Source of the DNA: Patescibacteria group bacterium
Lineage (GTDB): Bacteria; Patescibacteriota; Patescibacteriia; UBA2591; UBA6264
Assembly: GCA_028713575.1 (NCBI GenBank)
Contig: JAQTOB010000017.1
Coordinates: 1 to 7,251, forward strand
Reading direction: 5' to 3'
Length of the DNA: 7,251 bases
This document shows, in pieces, positions 4,651-7,251 of the stretch. The notes beneath the pieces are model-generated. The model saw only the letters and a program-made list of their open reading frames with translations. It was not told the origin of the DNA and searched no databases. The position numbers were made by a program, and so were the translations under genes. Every line of letters begins with the position of its first letter. Positions within the stretch are counted from its first letter, which is position 1.

Positions 4651-4687
4651 ATTATAAAATGATTATAAAAGGTGTCAATAGGTGTCA
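4651..4687 (-). promoter_or_regulatory. Candidate promoter of the HTH gene with a tandem AGGTGTCA repeat over the -35
   Basis: On the minus strand: TTGACA (4678->4673), a 16-nt spacer, TATAAT (4656->4651), then 6 nt to ATG 4644. The direct repeat AGGTGTCA occurs at 4670-4677 and 4680-4687, 10 bp apart. No Shine-Dalgarno sequence. Confidence 0.45.
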
Positions 4688-4709
4688 TCTAAATATCTGT
4701 GGATAAATT

Positions 4710-4740
4710 AAAAGTTTGGTGGCTCGGCCACCAAACTTTT
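4710..4740. repeat. Type B palindromic hairpin AAAAGTTTGGTGGC-tcg-GCCACCAAACTTTT
   Basis: 14-bp perfect arms with a 3-nt loop. It is flanked by an A-run and a T-run, giving a terminator-like shape in both directions. An extra half-site CCCAAACTTTTT lies at 4771-4782. It shares its 10-bp base with the type A hairpins. Confidence 0.65.
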
Positions 4741-4930
4741 CTGAAAAACAAAAAAACTAAAGGCCCCACTCCCAAACTTTTTAAATGGAGAGTTTAATAA
4801 AGATTTAACCAAATGGTTGGCATAATACAACCTTTAAAAAAACCTTATAAATCCCAGGGATAAAAAATTTATATGGAATTCTTAAGGATTTTATCCATGT
4901 ACTTATCTCATACATTTCTCGTACATTCTA

Positions 4931-4959
4931 TTGACAAAGAGACAAAAATTTGCTAGTAT
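4931..4959 (+). promoter_or_regulatory. Near-consensus sigma70-type promoter for the orphan secreted-protein gene
   Basis: TTGACA (4931-4936), a 17-nt spacer ending in TGc (extended -10), then TAGTAT (4954-4959). The gene start lies about 55 nt downstream. Confidence 0.55.
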
Positions 4960-5014
4960 TTATATATGTGATGATATAGTAAATAAAAAAAGTTCATTAA
5001 AAAAAGGAGGAAAA

Positions 5015-5620
5015 GTGAAAAAACTTTTTTCTGTTTCTGTGGTTTCTGTAATAATTCTATCAACACTTTTTGCCAGGGGACTGTCCACCGATCTTGGCCT
5101 TGCGCTAAGAAAGGTGAGTATTTCTTCGGGGAAGAGCGCGATGTCTTCAGGATTAGAGGTCTATATGGGATTTTGTTCGCGTGATGGTGAACATTTTTTA
5201 TCCATGAAGGCCAACGAGGGCTTATCGCAGGTGACTTACTTGAGATCCTTAGGGCGGTTTTCGTATGGGTCGTCATTTGGTCAAAAGACCAATGCCCCCT
5301 TTATTGCCCCAATGCTCGTTTATGCTCATAAAGGCATAGCATTAACGAGCTGGAATGGGATTTTTCTAGGACATCCAGAACATCCCTCATGTCCAAAGTG
5401 GAAAAGCAGATTTGCTTTTTCCTATCACGCGGTAGACGTGTTGGTCGGAAACTTTGGACTTGGTTATTCCCTGTTACATTATTTAAAACAGGAACCAATG
5501 AGTTTGCCCTACATCAAATGGATATGGGAACTTGGGAAAATAGGATCTAGCTTTTCCTTAACTTATAATGTGAGGGATAAAGCGCCCATGTTTATGGTCC
5601 AGGGGTCTTATTCTCTTTAA
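5015..5620 (+). CDS. Hypothetical exported protein (201 aa) with an N-terminal signal peptide; family not recognised
   Basis: GTG 5015 is preceded by AAGGAGG (5004-5010) at ideal spacing. The N-terminus (M)KKLFSVSVVSVIILSTLFARG is signal-peptide-like. The mature part is Ser/Gly/aromatic-rich with alternating hydrophobic stretches (FAFSYHAV, GLGYSLLHY, SFSLTYNV, MFMVQGSYSL), suggesting beta-rich structure. The 28 upstream codons in the ORF track overlap the promoter and are unlikely to be translated. Confidence 0.65.
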   Translation: MKKLFSVSVVSVIILSTLFARGLSTDLGLALRKVSISSGKSAMSSGLEVYMGFCSRDGEHFLSMKANEGLSQVTYLRSLGRFSYGSSFGQKTNAPFIAPMLVYAHKGIALTSWNGIFLGHPEHPSCPKWKSRFAFSYHAVDVLVGNFGLGYSLLHYLKQEPMSLPYIKWIWELGKIGSSFSLTYNVRDKAPMFMVQGSYSL

Positions 5621-5652
5621 TCCCAGGATATAAAATCGGAAAACTTTTAACT

Positions 5653-5689
5653 TCCCCGCGTGATAATTCTTATTATCTGCGGGGATTTT
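5653..5689 (+). terminator. Weak or imperfect hairpin downstream of the orphan gene
   Basis: TCCCCGC (5653-5659) pairs with GCGGGGA (5679-5685). An inner GATAA/TTATC pairing is present, followed by TTTT. The long interior loop makes it a poor canonical terminator. Confidence 0.3.
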
Positions 5690-5760
5690 ACTATAACGGA
5701 AGATTCAATAAATAATCGGATTTAGAGAAAACTAAAAAACAAAAAATCTATTTAAAGGAG

Positions 5761-5786
5761 AAGGACGCATATTAGCGTCCTTTTTT
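5761..5786 (+). terminator. Rho-independent terminator (plus-strand only)
   Basis: AAGGACGC-atatta-GCGTCCTT followed by a T run (TTTTTT at 5781-5786). The opposite strand lacks a T-tract. It lies about 140 nt after the orphan gene stop. Confidence 0.6.
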
Positions 5787-6034
5787 GCCGGGTCAGGTCA
5801 AACCAAACCTTTTATGATTTAAAAAGGTTAAATTCTTTTAAGAAGGTCTACTTATATTTTTCGACCTATCTTCTCCCCTATGATTTCGGGGGAGCTAACC
5901 TTAAACCCAAGTCCTCCTTAAATATATTTAACAATAATTTCTTTTAAAAAACAAGTGGATAACTTTTTAAAGGGGATTTTAAAATGAGAAACAAAATACT
6001 TAGGAGTCCTGTCTCTGAGTTGAAGAAAAATTAA

Positions 6035-6073
6035 AAAAGTTTGGTGGCTCGGCCACCAAACCCAAACTTTTTT
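6035..6073 (-). terminator. Second copy of the type B hairpin, acting as terminator of AbiE module 2
   Basis: AAAAGTTTGGTGGC-tcg-GCCACCAAAC followed by CCAAACTTTTTT. On the minus strand the 10-bp stem is followed by TTTTTT, 22 nt after the AbiEii-2 stop (6096). The first 27 nt are identical to 4710-4736. Confidence 0.7.
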
Positions 6074-6095
6074 AGTAGAACAGGGATTTTATTTT

Positions 6096-6866
6096 TTATA
6101 AATTAAGTTTTTGTTCAAGATATCTTTTAAGATAATCAAATAATTTTCCCAACCCACTTCTTTCATTTACGGGGACAAAAGGACGAATATCTAGTATAAA
6201 ATCTTTTTTTGAGAAGTTTTTAATTTTTTTTAAAACATCGTCTTTATTTAATTCTAGATTATAATATTTCAGCTTTTTATTTATTAGCCCTTTATCTAGC
6301 TCAACATTTTGATTTAAAAGATACCAAATATCGTAAAAATCTCTTCCTTTTGTCTTTTTTCTAGTTAAGAGCGCTCTAATTTTTTCTGCTAAAATTTCTT
6401 TTTTTGATAGATTATAGATATAAGAGGTAAACAGGACAGGATAATCCGTATTAATAATTGATTTTTGAGGGTCCATTATTTTTTCTCTAAATGAAAAATC
6501 AAGGCAGACCAGTATTTTATTAGAAAAGAGGGGAGAATTGTTTTTTAATAAAAAGGATTTACCAGCCAGCGTTTTTTTGGGTTTAAATGTTACAGACTCT
6601 TTTTTTTCTATTTTTTTAAAAAGAATTGATATGAATTTGTCAAAGTCTTTTTCTTTTATCTCAACAGTAAAGTCAAGGTCTTCTGAAAAACGGGGGGAAT
6701 TATAAATTAGGCGAAGAGCGGTTCCTCCTTTAAAAAATATTTTTTCGCTATTTTTTTCCGAATATAATTCATTTAAGAAAAATAATTGTAAATATTCCCT
6801 TAAAATTACTGATTCATTAATTTTATGTTTTTTCGCTAAAATATATATTTGTTCTTCAGTAATCAT
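6096..6866 (-). CDS. abiEii: Nucleotidyltransferase AbiEii/AbiGii toxin family (DUF1814), module 2
   Basis: IFFKGGTALRLIYNSPRFSEDLDFTV, LDFSFRE, and AEKIRALLTRKKTKGRDFYDIWYL give the same motif set as module 1, but the sequences are strongly diverged. Its ATG overlaps the TGA of the upstream gene (ATGA, 6863-6866). Confidence 0.85.
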   Translation of the reverse strand: MITEEQIYILAKKHKINESVILREYLQLFFLNELYSEKNSEKIFFKGGTALRLIYNSPRFSEDLDFTVEIKEKDFDKFISILFKKIEKKESVTFKPKKTLAGKSFLLKNNSPLFSNKILVCLDFSFREKIMDPQKSIINTDYPVLFTSYIYNLSKKEILAEKIRALLTRKKTKGRDFYDIWYLLNQNVELDKGLINKKLKYYNLELNKDDVLKKIKNFSKKDFILDIRPFVPVNERSGLGKLFDYLKRYLEQKLNL

Positions 6867-7251
6867 ATTTTAAAATATTTTTTTAATTCCTTGATAATAT
6901 TTTGAAATTGTCTTGTTGAAGGAAATTGTCTTAAGTATTTTTTTAATTTTGATTTATTTATATTAGCAAAGTCACATTCGTCCATATTTATTTTTTTATA
7001 CCCCTTAGAGGATAAATATAGTTGGTCTAAAAGAGCTTTTTCAGGAGAGGCGATGATAAAGTTATCTTTTTTTTCATAACCCCAGGATAAGTTTTTTTGT
7101 ATATGGGTATAGGTGAATATTTTGTTTTGAAATTGTTTTTCAACGGGCCTTTTAGTTGTAGCGCTGGAAATTTCATAGGGAAATTGAGAAATTATTCCAT
7201 AAAAATTTAAAGCACTTTCAAAGGATATGTAAGAGGGTTGATATAAAAAGT
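6863..7251 (-). CDS. abiEi: AbiEi-like antitoxin/regulator, module 2 (C-terminal 128 codons; the 5' end lies beyond the window)
   Basis: This ORF is not in the ORF track because it has no in-window start. My own translation of the minus strand in the frame ending at TGA 6863-6865 is open to the window edge. It reads ...LYQPSYISFESALNFYGIISQFPYEISSATTKRP...DNFIIASPEKALLDQLYLSSKGYKK...IIKELKKYFKI. It aligns by eye with YLSFISALHLYGIIEQIP and FLIAEPEKALADCLYLAGYKK of the 207-aa protein at 2826-3449. Confidence 0.7.
   Translation of the reverse strand, partial: FLYQPSYISFESALNFYGIISQFPYEISSATTKRPVEKQFQNKIFTYTHIQKNLSWGYEKKDNFIIASPEKALLDQLYLSSKGYKKINMDECDFANINKSKLKKYLRQFPSTRQFQNIIKELKKYFKI

Noticed and set aside
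4953-5498. Minus-strand ORFs 4953-5276 and 5301-5498, opposite the orphan gene
   Set aside because: The plus-strand frame has a promoter, a strong SD, a signal peptide and a downstream terminator. The antisense ORFs have none of these, and 4953-5276 runs into the promoter.
4853-5636. Similar TCCCAGG(G)ATA(T)AAAA strings at 4853-4868 and 5621-5636, flanking the orphan gene, as a third repeat pair
   Set aside because: The match is only about 12-14 nt with mismatches in AT-rich context, and a related CCCAGGATAA also occurs inside a CDS at 7081. It is compatible with chance.
5903-5920. Minus-strand AAGGAGG (complement of CCTCCTT at 5914-5920) as the start of a hidden gene
   Set aside because: The only downstream start candidate (TTG) opens a frame of about 10 codons. 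No plausible ORF follows.
2774-6073. Hairpin-bounded cassettes interpreted as an integron cassette array with attC sites
   Set aside because: The palindromes lack the GTTRRRY / RYYYAAC core pair. They are perfect short hairpins rather than 57-141-bp imperfect attC structures with extrahelical bases. Cassette orientations are mixed, cassettes carry their own promoters, and no intI is visible. This cannot be fully excluded without flanking sequence.

Overview
This is an AT-rich, compositionally patchy bacterial window. It uses the standard genetic code: TAA, TAG and TGA all terminate recognisable genes. It reads as a small accessory/defence islet next to cell-envelope sugar genes.

**Gene content**
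- Minus strand, left end: a medium-chain dehydrogenase-like gene broken by an in-frame TAA, then wecB (UDP-GlcNAc 2-epimerase), then a minimal GIY-YIG nuclease ORF.
- Plus strand: a membrane-anchored staphylococcal-type thermonuclease with a Cys-containing C-terminal module.
- Minus strand: two diverged AbiE-type toxin-antitoxin pairs (wHTH AbiEi-like plus DUF1814/AbiEii nucleotidyltransferase). The two pairs have opposite internal gene order.
- Between the two pairs: a small excisionase/MerR-type HTH gene and a plus-strand orphan signal-peptide protein, followed by about 475 bp without a convincing ORF.

**Most notable structure**
1. The GIY-YIG ORF is bracketed by 14-bp perfect inverted repeats. 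It is also flanked by a 39-bp duplicate of the first wecB codons that differs only at synonymous third positions. This looks like a mobile nuclease cassette inserted in the wecB 5' end, with a replacement 5' end keeping the gene intact.
2. A family of palindromic hairpins built on AAAAGTTTGG/CCAAACTTTT occurs only between genes. Near-identical copies of these hairpins bracket the first AbiE pair and the orphan-gene segment.

I saw no rRNA, tRNA, CRISPR array, transposase or integrase. All functional calls are from motif recognition by eye, not database searches.
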